The notes under the pieces: model-generated
Seen by the model: only the letters and a program-made list of their open reading frames with translations
Told to the model about the DNA's origin: nothing
The model's database searches: none
Part shown: one piece after another, positions 26,975 through 37,899 of the stretch
How positions within the stretch are numbered: the first letter of the stretch is position 1
How the letters are laid out: every line of letters starts with the position of its first letter
Program-made: the position numbers and the translations under genes
Origin: Paraspadella gotoi
Taxonomy: Eukaryota; Animalia; Chaetognatha
NCBI GenBank assembly: GCA_051294375.1
Contig: CM119268.1
Span: forward strand, 2,214,232 to 2,278,231
DNA: 64,000 nucleotides
Direction: 5' to 3'

Positions 26975-27427
26975 AATTTTTGTCTTTTTTGTCTTCACTT
27001 CTTACAAAACATCTTTCCTCTTTGGCTTTCGTTTTCTTTTTTCCTTTAGTTCTTCATAATTCATTCCATTTTCTTTTTTTTCCCACTTATTGTCTTTCCG
27101 ACCCCATTGCTGAAATACATCGTTCTTCTCTCTTTACCTCTCTATTTACCTTTGTTTACATCTCTCTTTACCTCTCTCTGTCCGGATTTACTATTAATAT
27201 CCCACGGAATTGGCGAAGGAGAAAAAGACTTCAAGTTTTTGACTTTTTAAAATTCTCCCGTCATCAATTTTCTTCTTTTTTTCTTACCCTTTTTTTCCTT
27301 TTTTTTTCTTAATTTTTATTTGTTAAATTTTTATTCCTTACTCAATTTCTCTGTGTCTCTCTATAAACTATTACCTGAGTCACTTCACTCCAATTGTTTA
27401 TTTTATTTTATTCAGCTTGACATGATT

Positions 27428-27527
<100 letters not shown>

Positions 27528-29493
27528 TTCGCATTCCCTGTCTCACTTCGCCTTTTCTCTTGATTTAATTTATTTTGATTTCAGGTAACAGACATTCTCT
27601 CTATCAATTTTTAAATTCCAACTTTTCGTAGCTTCAAGTTTAAATAGGCGCATCTTTAAGTTTAAATAGGCGCATCTCTATACAGATAAGCCCTTTATTT
27701 TTGGTCCCAATAGTAACCCATTATATTTAAATCTACGTAACGTAATGTTAGTTCTCTTGAAATGATCGGACTGAGGGACCACGAAGCTCAAGATATCATT
27801 TTCCATTAACTTGAAAAAAAAGAAAAAAGAAAAGTCCTTTCATTGGAAGTGCTGTGACACACACACACAAAAAAAAACAAACAAACAAAAAAAAAACCCT
27901 GTCCCACATGGCTCAGTAAATTGTCAAAATATTTAATTTCGTCTTACCTCTTAATTCTTATCTTATTTTTCATGTTCTTAATTTCTATTTATTATTTGTT
28001 ATTTCTGCTTTTCTTTTCCTTTTTTTTCTCCTTGTTTCTCGTCCTTCCGTGTTCTTCTTTTTTTGGCGGGAAACGGTGCCTCGTTCTCGCTCACACTTTG
28101 TCTTCCTGATTTTTTTTTCTCCTTTCCTCTTTTTAGCCAAAAATGTTTATTTTTTTTTCTCTCTTCAGCTTTTAAACCATTTTTCTTGTTAAACCTTAAA
28201 AGAAAAAACTTGGGAAGGATGATTTAAAGTTTCCGTTTCTTTCTTAAAGAGAAGAAGAAATTTCACACGCAAAAGTCATTTAGTTTTGAATCATAAAGAA
28301 ATTCCATCTCAAAACACACACCCCCCCTAAAGAGAAAAAAACATCAAAATATCAACGTCGCAGAAATAATTGGTAAAAAGTGAAAAATAAATATAAATAG
28401 TGTCTAATTATTCTTAAAGGTTAGTAAAAATTGTCTTACCATCCACGATCGACGATCGGATTATAAAATATCATCTTTATCCACAGCATTTGATGCTTTT
28501 TTTTCCCCTTAATCTCGTAGATTTTTAACTTCCGACTCGCAGCAATGGAACGAGTCAAGGGTTTGGAACAAGGATTGGTGGGTCCGAGGAGGGAAGGTAC
28601 CCTGAGCTGATGGATCACAACCGCGGGCGCAATCAGTAATTGCAAGATGACGTTGCTGATATTTGCAAAGTTGATATTTCAAATTCTTTCTCTCTCTCTT
28701 TCTCTCCCTCTCTCTTTCTCTCTCTCTCTCTCCAACGACGACGACGACGACGACGACGACGACAAAAGGCGCCAACTGCGTTCGCGTCTCGTTGCTAGGA
28801 AACCAACGAGTTCCGCTGAATGGGTTATCGGTCTAGATGACGCGGCTAATGCCCAAAAGATAAAAGACGATTCTCCAAAAAGGAAAAGGGGTCGTCTTCG
28901 TCGTCGTCGTCGTTGCTGTCGTCATCGTCATCGTCGTCGTTATGCAAACAGTTGCGACATTGTCATCGTCGTCGTCTCCTTCGTCGTCCTCATTGTCGTC
29001 TTTGTTACTGTCGTTGTCGTCTGGAGTACATAATGATCTTTGTCATGATCATCGTCTTTGTCTTCGTCTTTGCGTTTGTCATCGTTTTCGTCTTCATCGT
29101 CGTCGTCTTCATCGTCGTCATCTTCGTCTTCATCATTGTGTTCGTTGTCTTCGTCATCAACATCGTCTTCTTCGTCGTCATCATCGTCGTCATCATCGTC
29201 GTCTTCGTCATCGTCGGAACATCATCGTCGTTTTCGTCGTCGTCGTCGTCGTCGTCTCCTAAATAATTCATTGTTTGTCTCCATGGCTTCGACGCACGAA
29301 AAGAGTTTTAAGTCGAATATTCTCTGCTTCCTTGTTCCTTTGTTTACTTCTTTTTTAAAAATATTTATAAAGTTCTTTCAACAGAAAAAAAAAAAGATCC
29401 AATTTGGGTTCAATATTTTGGAGAAGAATAAGATTTTCTTTCTCTGTACTTCTTTAATATATATATATGTATATGTAGATATATATATGTATA

Positions 29494-29670
29494 ACATAAA
29501 GAGAAATTCAACATAAGCTAGGCTCAGATATAATTTTATGTATATATATTATATGTATGTATATATATCCCTCTCGATATGTTTTCCTTTCGTTTCTTTT
29601 TTTTCTTACTAATTTTAAAATTACATAAAATTATATCTGAGCCTAGCTTATGTTGAATTTCTTTTTATGT
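29494..29670. mobile_element. Foldback/MITE-like inverted repeat: 49-bp arms (48/49 identical), 79-bp spacer
   Basis: acataaagagaaattcaacataagctaggctcagatataattttatgta (29494-29542) versus the reverse complement of 29622-29670. Confidence 0.7.
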
Positions 29671-30416
29671 CGACACCTCGAACAACTTGGCGACAACATT
29701 ATAAGTTTATTATTTATACTCAAAGTATTTGTTTTTGTTAATTACGGAATTATTCCTCTTCGTCGTCATCGTCGTCGTTGTCGTCGTCGTCTTCATCGCC
29801 ATATCTCAAAAACCGTCACCATTTCTCAATCTGACTTCGACCCGAATCGACGCGTCCTGACAAGCCATTTCCCATACCCTACCAATCCCAGAAGGAGGCT
29901 GACGAATCCCTTACCCCGACGCCACCCTTACCTTACCCTTCCCCTCCTCCTCCTCCTCCTCCTCCTTCTCCCCCTCCTCCCCATCACGTAACAGCGTTGG
30001 AGACGCCGTCTGATTCTATCTCTTGACGCCGAAGACTTTTCAACCTCGCACGCCAAAGAAAAAAACATCCTTTCCTTTTATTTTCTATCTTCCCTTTCTC
30101 CAGCCCTTTTATATATCACCCACCCCNNNNNNNNNNNNNNNNNNNNNNNNNTTTCCTTAATTTCTTTAATTTCCTGTTCTGTTTGTGTGTCCCTCTCCAA
30201 TTTGGGTTTTATAACTATAAAAAAAAAGAAGAAAAATCCAATATAATTTAACTAAATTGGAAAAAATTCATCAGGGTTTATATTTGGTTTTAAGCTTCAT
30301 CTTACTCCTAGACATATCAGTGTGGGTTAGCTTACTCCAAGAGCATTACATAATAAAAAATAAAATCAAAATTTAAGATTTAAAAAAAATAATAAAAAAT
30401 GAAATAGAGATTTCCA

Positions 30417-31255
30417 AAATGGAACTTTCGCCATGCGCAATAAGTGGAAGAAAAGAAAGAATCGTCAAAATATTTAGGTTAATAAATGACGAAAATCCTA
30501 TGAAAATAAAAAAAGTATTAAAGGACCAGACCGTTGTCGGGTCAAGTGAAAGAGCAACTAAGCGAAATACTATCAAGTGATGAGATATTAATATGCTAAA
30601 ATTGAAAATGTGTAAGGCAGCCGCACTTGTTTCAACATAAAAACAAAGCATTTAGTCTGAGAGTCGGACATTCGCAGATAGTTCACCCGACCATTAGCAT
30701 AACAGCTATGCATAACGATGATTGCGCATTCAGTCGTGACCCGGCTTCTCATTGACTAAAGCCATCAGCCTCAATGACCACTAGTTACCGGTTTCATTCC
30801 CAACCCGTTAGCCCAACCTGCCGGGAAGGTGAAGGACGGCCGTAAACAGCCTTAGGGGGCTTGAAAACCCTCAAGCGCGGCTCCAATGCCCAGGACCCGT
30901 TCCATTGGCTGCGAGAGGGGTTAAGAAGTTGGGATAGTCATCTTTCGCGCCCACTATAGGCCTTATTCCACAAGTCACCGATCATTTATTCCTCATTTTT
31001 TCTTCTTCTTCATTAATACAATCGTTCTGCGTTGTCTCTCCATCACTAAAAAAGAATTTGCAGGCAACGTGCTCCGACACCAGGAGCTATAAATGACGAT
31101 AAGAGCCACCAATAGGCCTACGGGCGTTCCATCGTCTCGTCGTTTAAAGGGCCGAAAGGCGATCGGTCGCCCGCATGGCGAATTGGAACGCAAGCGTTGA
31201 GGGAGGTTGCCGGACGACTCCTCCCCCTTCTCTGTCTCCGGCTGATATCTCTCTT
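30417..31255. other. Indel-rich tandem duplicate of 31256-32172, including a SINE and a frameshifted 3' part of exon 3; likely assembly artefact
   Basis: Colinear with the adjacent copy; differences are mostly 1-2-nt indels. Confidence 0.7.
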
Positions 31256-31590
31256 AAATGGAACTTTCCATGCGGCAATAAGTGAGAAAAGAAAAGAATC
31301 GTCGCAAAATGATTTGTTTAAAAATAAATAAAGAACGAAACCATGCAATGAACAAAACGTATTAAGGTGACTCAGACGTTGTCGGTCAAGTGAAAAAGAA
31401 AGCAACTAAGCGAAATACTATCACAGTGAGAAATTAATTAGCTTAAAAGAAAAATGGTAAGGTCCAGCTGCGCACTTGTTCAAACATAAAAAAAAGATTT
31501 AGTCTGGAGTCCGGGCATCGCAATAGTTCACCCCCGCACCTATATAAGCTATAAGCTATAAGCTATAAGCTATAAGCTATAAGCTTGACG

Positions 31591-31914
31591 CATTCAGTCG
31601 TGACCCGGTTCCTCATTGACTAAAGNNNNNNNNNNNNNNNNNNNNNNNNNNNNNNNNNNNNNNNNNNNNNNNNNNNNNNNNNNNNNNNNNNNNNNNNNNN
31701 NNNNNNNNNNNNNNNNNNNNNNNNNNNNNNNNNNNNNNNNNNNNNNNNCCCGTTACCCACCCTGCGGGAAGCGTGAGGACGGCCGTAAACAGCCTTAGGG
31801 GGCTTGGAAAACCCTCAAGCCCGGCTCCAAGCCCAGGACCCGTTCCATGGCTGCGAGAGGGGTTAAAGAAGTTGGGGATAGTCATCTTCGGCCCACTTAG
31901 CGCCTTATCCACAA
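31591..31914 (+). mobile_element. tRNA-derived SINE-like repeat (family S1), immediately 3' of the transporter stop codon, antisense to the gene; head partly in an N-gap
   Basis: Reverse complement aligns with 23549-23786 (shared tgtggataaggcgctaa..gaagatgactatcc..caacttcttt..atggaacgggtc..gggcttgga..ggcttgagggtttt..gtcacgactgaa). Confidence 0.7.
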
Positions 31915-31915
31915 G

Positions 31916-32460
31916 TCACCGATCATTTATTCTCATTTTTTCTTCTTCTTCATTATAATCTTCTCGTTTGTCTTCTCCATCACTAAAAAAGAATTTGAGC
32001 AAGGTCGCAGACACCATGGAGGCTAAAATGACGAGAGAGCCACCAATGGCCAACGGTTCCATCGTCTCGTCGTAAAGGGCCAAGGCGATCGTCGCCCCGA
32101 TGGGAAGGACGCAAGCGTTGAGGAGGTTGCCGACGACTCCGGCCGTTCCGGCGCCGGATGACTCCAACTCTTGGCAGCCGAGGATATCCACGACTCGCGT
32201 GAGGTTGAGAATGGCCCCGATCTGCAAAGAGAGAATGACTCCTTGCCAGTTGGTCCAAGACCCCGGGAGACTCCAGCCCCCGTCAAACGTCAAGTAGATT
32301 GGAGCGAGAAGCACCGAGACGGCTCCACGGAGAAAGACGTAGTTGCTCCAGTGGATGTTCTTGAAGACGCCGATGGCGAATGGAAAGCAGACGTGCTCGA
32401 GTCCGGTGTAGATCGCGCCGAGGGTTGGGAGAAATGGGTAATTTGGGTCTGGGTTGGAGA
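31916..32460 (-). CDS. EamA/DMT transporter, exon 3 (terminal)
   Basis: Acceptor tttatacAG|TC joins in phase 1: (L)SNPDPNYPFLPTLGAIYTGLEHVCFPFAIGVFKNIHWSNYVFLRGAVSVLLAPIYL...ALYDETMEPLAIGGSLVILASMV...RINDR*. Spliced CDS 336+118+545=999 nt, 332 aa, about 10 TM helices in two EamA-like halves. Confidence 0.87.
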
Positions 32461-32627
32461 CTGTATAAATTTTAAGCTAAATTACTAAAATTCGTAAAGA
32501 GGTGCTCTTTTTTCCTTTTTTTTTTTTGTTACGAGAAAAGTCATATTTTCCGAACGCGCCCAATTACAGCTTGAATTCGAATTTAAGTGCCCAAAATTTA
32601 TTCATTGAAACAAGAAAAGATTCTTAC

Positions 32628-32745
32628 GCAAGGATTGAAACGACGAGTTTGTTGCGGCAACCATGGATGCACCGACCAAAGCCAAAACGAGGCCCAAAAA
32701 TTCAATCACGTTCACGCAGCGACGGTGAATTAAAACAAGTAGGAC
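32628..32745 (-). CDS. EamA/DMT transporter, exon 2
   Basis: Acceptor ttcgttgccAG|GTC and donor TTGC|GTAAGA; reads VLLVLIHRRCVNVIEFLGLVLALVGASMVAATNSSFQSL, resembling the end of the first EamA repeat; 118 nt, phase 0 in and phase 1 out; missing from the ORF track. Confidence 0.85.
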
Positions 32746-32877
32746 CTGGCAACGAATAAGTAATTGACTCCACATTGATGATAAATAATTCTAAATTTAA
32801 TTTAAAAAAATCTAAGTTTTTTTTTTCCTTTTTGTTACATTTTTGTCAGTTAATTAAAAAGAGTTGTTGAAACAGAA

Positions 32878-33150
32878 GTCCAAAGTCAGGGGCAAGATAG
32901 TTTATGAATGGATTGGTTGTACCAATTTCATAAAATTTAGCTTGTGCGGAGTACAATATAATTACTTAAGGCAGTGATCTTTTCATACAATTGAAACACT
33001 CTTTGAAATGTTATGCCACTTCATTGATAGGGAAGCCAGATACTCTGGGAGTGAATAAACGAGACTGCCAAAGCCTGTCCAAAGTCAGGGGCAAGACATC
33101 TTATTTATTAAATAATGAATAATTTTTATATTGGTCGTACCAATTTAATA
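32878..33150 (+). mobile_element. Two family K1 fragments inside transporter intron 1
   Basis: gtccaaagtcaggggcaaga occurs twice (about 32878 and 33077); ttaaggcagtgatcttttcatacaattgaaacact...tactctgggagtgaat..aacgagactg matches the reverse complement of 7154-7258. Confidence 0.6.
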
Positions 33151-33255
33151 AAAAAATTTGCACATAACTTCTTATCATATTAAAACCTAAATATAGAATT
33201 ATCTACTCTTGTTATCAGAATACTAAATATGCTGTTTTATCAATCCTCAGTTTAC

Positions 33256-33591
33256 CGGAGTAAAAAGCATGCAGGATGTGATGATGGCTGTCAGATTCCC
33301 GACGGCCATCCTTTGCGAAGAGAAAAGAAATGAGATGTAGGAGAATATCGAGGCTAAACTGAGAAGGAAAAAGACGACCCATTCCTTGGAAGTCTTGAGG
33401 CCCCAATTGTCCAACAGCACTTTGCAGAAAGGCAGCAAGGTCACCGCTTCGGTGAGAGAGAGCATGGCGACGGTTTGCGAGGGTCTCAGCTCGTTTGTCG
33501 CGCGCATCAGGTTCGGGGTCAGGGCTTCCAAAATCTGTCCGCACAAGTAGAGGAGAAATCCCCAAAAGAAATTAAGCTGGGATCGTTCCAT
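33256..33591 (-). CDS. EamA/DMT-superfamily (SLC35G-like) transporter, exon 1 (aa 1-112)
   Basis: ATG at 33591; MERSQLNFFWGFLLYLCGQILEAL...SSQRMAVGNLTAIITSCMLFTP with several hydrophobic helices; donor CCG|GTAAAC with GT at 33255-33254; 336 nt, phase 0. Confidence 0.85.
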
Positions 33592-33852
33592 GAGGTTGGC
33601 GGCTGGAGAGTCGCGAGACTATTTACATCTCATTTTATTTTCGATTTTATTTTTAAAATTTTCAAAAGTTCGACGATTCTTTTTAAATTTCTTTCGTCCT
33701 TTTGTTTGACTTTTTTTAGCCGCGACTGGTGATTCTATATAGCTAATAAATATTATGTTGAATGAATTAAAATTAGATAGTAAAATTTGTTACAGAAATA
33801 GGGACCCGCATCTAAATCATGCGTTATAGGAGATATCAAGAGAATCGAGAAA

Positions 33853-34047
33853 AAACAAGTTTGAGCAAACCTGATCTGCCTACGATAATTAAGCGGTATG
33901 GTGGATTTTAGTCCATTCATCAGCGGCCATTGGTTCCGTAGCCAAATTATTCGCCTCCCACCCGACAAGATTGGGGGGGCGGACCGACGGACCGACAAAG
34001 TGAATTATAGAGTCGGAATCTGCTGATAAGCAGATCCGAAATAAAAA
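33853..34047 (+). mobile_element. Helentron/HINE-like element, family H2
   Basis: Starts AACAAG; subterminal GATCTGC; ggaccgacggaccgac repeat; tatagagt then hairpin tcgg(a)atctgct-gata-agcagatccga and an A-rich end; partial copy at 6940-6997. Confidence 0.55.
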
Positions 34048-34151
34048 TAAGAAAAAAGCGAAGAAAAGGAAGCAGAAGATGTTTGAGGCGATAATGAAAA
34101 TTTGAAAAAAATAACAATAATTTTTGTTTTCATAAATTAAAAAAAAAATTA

Positions 34152-34545
34152 AACAAGAACGGTATTTCAAATGTGTTGCGCCGCAGTGACTGCCTTATCA
34201 CGAATATTTCTCGTGACATGACATAACATGACGTGACATAACATGACTACATGACTACATTATCTTTCTTAGGCCGTATATTTATGAGATGCACTGCATC
34301 AAAATTCCGTCTTTTATTTATTTTTGGTTTTAGGATTTCCTGAAGGCGGCGCGAGAAGTCTCTTAGATTTGAGGTTTTTTTCTGTCTTAACAAAAGAGCA
34401 ACCATCTATAGAGAAATTGTATGCATTTTAAGGCAAGTGGGACAGACCAATGGACAGACATACCGACCGACGGACCGACCGACAGACCGACCGAAATCTG
34501 ACTTATAGAGTTGCTCCGCGAATACTCGCGGCGCAATTAAAAAAA
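34152..34545 (+). mobile_element. Non-autonomous Helentron/HINE (DINE-1-like) element, family H1
   Basis: Starts AACAAG; subterminal TTGCGCCGC at 34176-34184; (GACC/GACA)n microsatellite 34441-34493; 3' hairpin TTGCTCCGCGA-atac-TCGCGGCGCAA at 34511-34536 followed by an A-run; second copy at 51595-51882. Confidence 0.7.
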
Positions 34546-37500
34546 GGGTAATAATGAAAGGCATTAGCTAAATTAAGTAAGGAATTAGCTAAATTAAGTA
34601 AGGTCGTGACTAAGATTAAATCAGAGACTGGATCTTGTTACCTTCGAATTTATTCTGACTGACAGGTTTTTTTTAATTATTCTAACTGAGATAATTATCA
34701 TTATGTAACAAATGCTGTTTGATAAGTTTGGAGAAGATTGCCCTTTCAGTGTCCAAGGACGTATATCTGAGATAGAGGAGCAGAGAAGACTAAAGTAAAA
34801 ATATAATGATAGTTAGACTAGGGGGCGAGAGAGAGAGAGAGAGAGAGCAGAGAAGAGAAGGAGGAGGAGAGAGAGAGAGAGAGAGAGAGAGGGACAATNN
34901 NNNNNNNNNNNNNNNNNNNNNNNNNNNNNNNNNNNNNNNNNNNNNNNNNNNNNNNNNNNNNNNNNNNNNNNNNNNNNNNNNNNNNNNNNNNNNNNNNNNN
35001 NNNNNNNNNNNNNNNNNNNNNNNNNNNNNNNNNNNNNNNNNNNNNNNNNNNNNNNNNNNNNNNNNNNNNNNNNNNNNNNNNNNNNNNNNNNNNNNNNNNN
35101 NNNNNNNNNNNNNNNNNNNNNNNNNNNNNNNNNNNNNNNNNNNNNNNNNNNNNNNNNNNNNNNNNNNNNNNNNNNNNNNNNNNNNNNNNNNNNNNNNNNN
35201 NNNNNNNNNNNNNNNNNNNNNNNNNNNNNNNNNNNNNNNNNNNNNNNNNNNNNNNNNNNNNNNNNNNNNNNNNNNNNNNNNNNNNNNNNNNNNNNNNNNN
35301 NNNNNNNNNNNNNNNNNNNNNNNNNNNNNNNNNNNNNNNNNNNNNNNNNNNNNNNNNNNNNNNNNNNNNNNNNNNNNNNNNNNNNNNNNNNNNNNNNNNN
35401 NNNNNNNNNNNNNNNNNNNNNNNNNNNNNNNNNNNNNNNNNNNNNNNNNNNNNNNNNNNNNNNNNNNNNNNNNNNNNNNNNNNNNNNNNNNNNNNNNNNN
35501 NNNNNNNNNNNNNNNNNNNNNNNNNNNNNNNNNNNNNNNNNNNNNNNNNNNNNNNNNNNNNNNNNNNNNNNNNNNNNNNNNNNNNNNNNNNNNNNNNNNN
35601 NNNNNNNNNNNNNNNNNNNNNNNNNNNNNNNNNNNNNNNNNNNNNNNNNNNNNNNNNNNNNNNNNNNNNNNNNNTGGGGGCGGAGGTTGAAAAATTAGGC
35701 CCGAGGCCCCGTCGCGGCGAAGGGGCAGGGGAGAGAGAGAAGAAGCGAATTTTGTGGCTAATGAGGGTGGGCGGTCGAAAACGGAAAAAGCGGATTCGCC
35801 TGTAGGTGTGCCAATGATTAGGGAGAAGAGAGAAAAAAAATGCGAGGACGACTATAACGAAAAACGCCCACAAAGAAAGAACGCCTACGACGAGGGGAAG
35901 AGAGTAAAAAAAAAAAGATAAAATTTCGCGCATGAATTATTTTTTCCGAGACTTTAGTGGCACGAACTGGATGAGAAATGGCGACTGGCGAGATGGCAAA
36001 CGCCGATGGCATTTGGCGTCGCCGACGGGGGAAAGAGAAGATGCCACTTTTCTTGAAACGGGGGGGGGGCGAGACTGTCAAAATCGGCTGCTGCGAAGTC
36101 GATGAAAAACCCGACCTTTGAACGACATCTGAACCAACTGAATTTGACCTCTAAATGACCTCCAAGAGACAAGAAGTCAATAGTTCAAGGAAGGAAATCT
36201 AAAGTTTAAAATGAGGGTATGGGAAAGTTTTATATCATGTAACGTTCTGTCGCATGTCACGTCATGTCCTCACCTCGGCGGTCCCGGTGGGATGTGATAC
36301 ATGGAGGGTCGACCGGAGGCCCCGAGTTCGGAACCGTCGCCGAGACCTTCGATGTCTCCGCCCGCGTGAAGAGGATCCTCTATCTGTCGACACAAAATCG
36401 CGGGAAAATTTGAAAATGAGAAAATTGGAAAAATAAAACAAAAAGGCAAAAAAGTTTGTTTTTCAAAAAGATGGCGCTGTGGCGCAAAAATATGAATAAT
36501 CGCTGTTCTTTTTTTTTGGAAGTGGGGGGCGGGAGGGGGGAAGAGGGGGTGTTGAAGCTGCTCTTTTTTTTCTCCCTAAAATCCTTTCGTTTTAAATTTG
36601 CTACGAAGGGCAAAGTTCGCCCTCGACAAGAAAGACTGAAAATTTTGAGAAAAAAATTCTGACTTGCACTGATTAAAATCTTTTTAAACCAAAAAATGGT
36701 GGCAAAATTCCAAGATTTAAATTGGATATTTAATTTCGTTTTCATTTTGAAGTAAGAAAATTATGATTCGTCGACGAGTTTTAAGGGTTTTCTCTAGAAT
36801 TCGGTGTATAAAATACACATGTATTTTTATAATTAACTTTTAACTTAACTAATTGTCTCGGTAAAGATTTCGAGAATCCATTTCCAACTATTTTTAGCCT
36901 AATGACGTCCGGACACTAAACGCGTCCGAGTTGTACGGGAAAACTCGGGAATCCGCGATCCGCGTCTATTTTCAATTAGCGCAGCGTTCGACTGCGACGC
37001 TACGCTACGCTCCGCTTCGTTTGCCGCGCGAAGTCGGCACGAAACGAAACTGATTTTTTTTTTTAAGAAAAATCGTTAGAAAAGTGAAACGTTGGTTGAT
37101 TATTTATATATTTTTTCTGTTCTTAATGGATTAGTAATTTAGTAGTAGGACGAAAGCGATTATTTTTAATTATACTAAGAAGCTTGTTAGCGATGTTGGA
37201 GAGTTTAGTCACTTGGTTTATAAACTTAGCAATTAAGTAACTTAAAATCTGATGACAAGAGTCGTTAGTCTGGCAGACAAGGGGCGACGACTCAACCATT
37301 TGTTTTGCTTCATCATTTCCTAGTTTTACCGATTTTTTGTTTGTTTTAATGGAGAAACGAAAAATCGTGAAAAATGATATTTTTGAGGTTTTTTCTTATT
37401 TTTTTGGCAGAAGTGTTATGGGGTGTTAAAGGGCAGTGAAAAGGGAGGTGTGAGGGTTTGAGGTCTTCACATAAGGGGGTGGATTTGGCGAGAAAAATGA

Positions 37501-37899
37501 AAGTGGAAAATCCACGAAAATTAAGATTTGAAATAAAAAAAAAAAGATCATGAAAATGAAAAGAAAATGGAAGTAAAACCTACTTTGGAAAATTCTGCGC
37601 TTGGCGCCCTCGCCCTTGAAAGAGAGNNNNNNNNNNNNNNNNNNNNNNNNNAAAGAGCGAGAGAGAGCAGAGAGAGAGAGGAGAAGAGAGAGAAGAGGAA
37701 AGAGAGAGAGGAGAGAGGAGAGAGACGAGAGAGATGAGAGAGAGAGAGAAGGGAGAGAGAGGGTGTGTGTGTGAGAAGAGAATACCATCAGCATTCGTCC
37801 AAAAACCGTCGAAAAAAAAAGGATTTTAAGCAAAAGAAAAGGGAAAATATTGACCGTACGATAAAGACTACCTCTTAAAAAACGCGCACAGTGGAGAAA

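Noticed and set aside
28521-28596. Small + strand exon (cgtAG...AAG|GTACC)
   Set aside because: Splice signals are plausible but the peptide is short and unrecognisable, with no partner exons
30976-31255. True pseudogene paralogue of the transporter
   Set aside because: Indel-dominated error profile and tandem overlap fit a long-read artefact better; kept only as a caveat
35675-36120. Terminal exon of a + strand gene
   Set aside because: It needs frameshifts at A and G homopolymers to stay open, and no homology is recognisable
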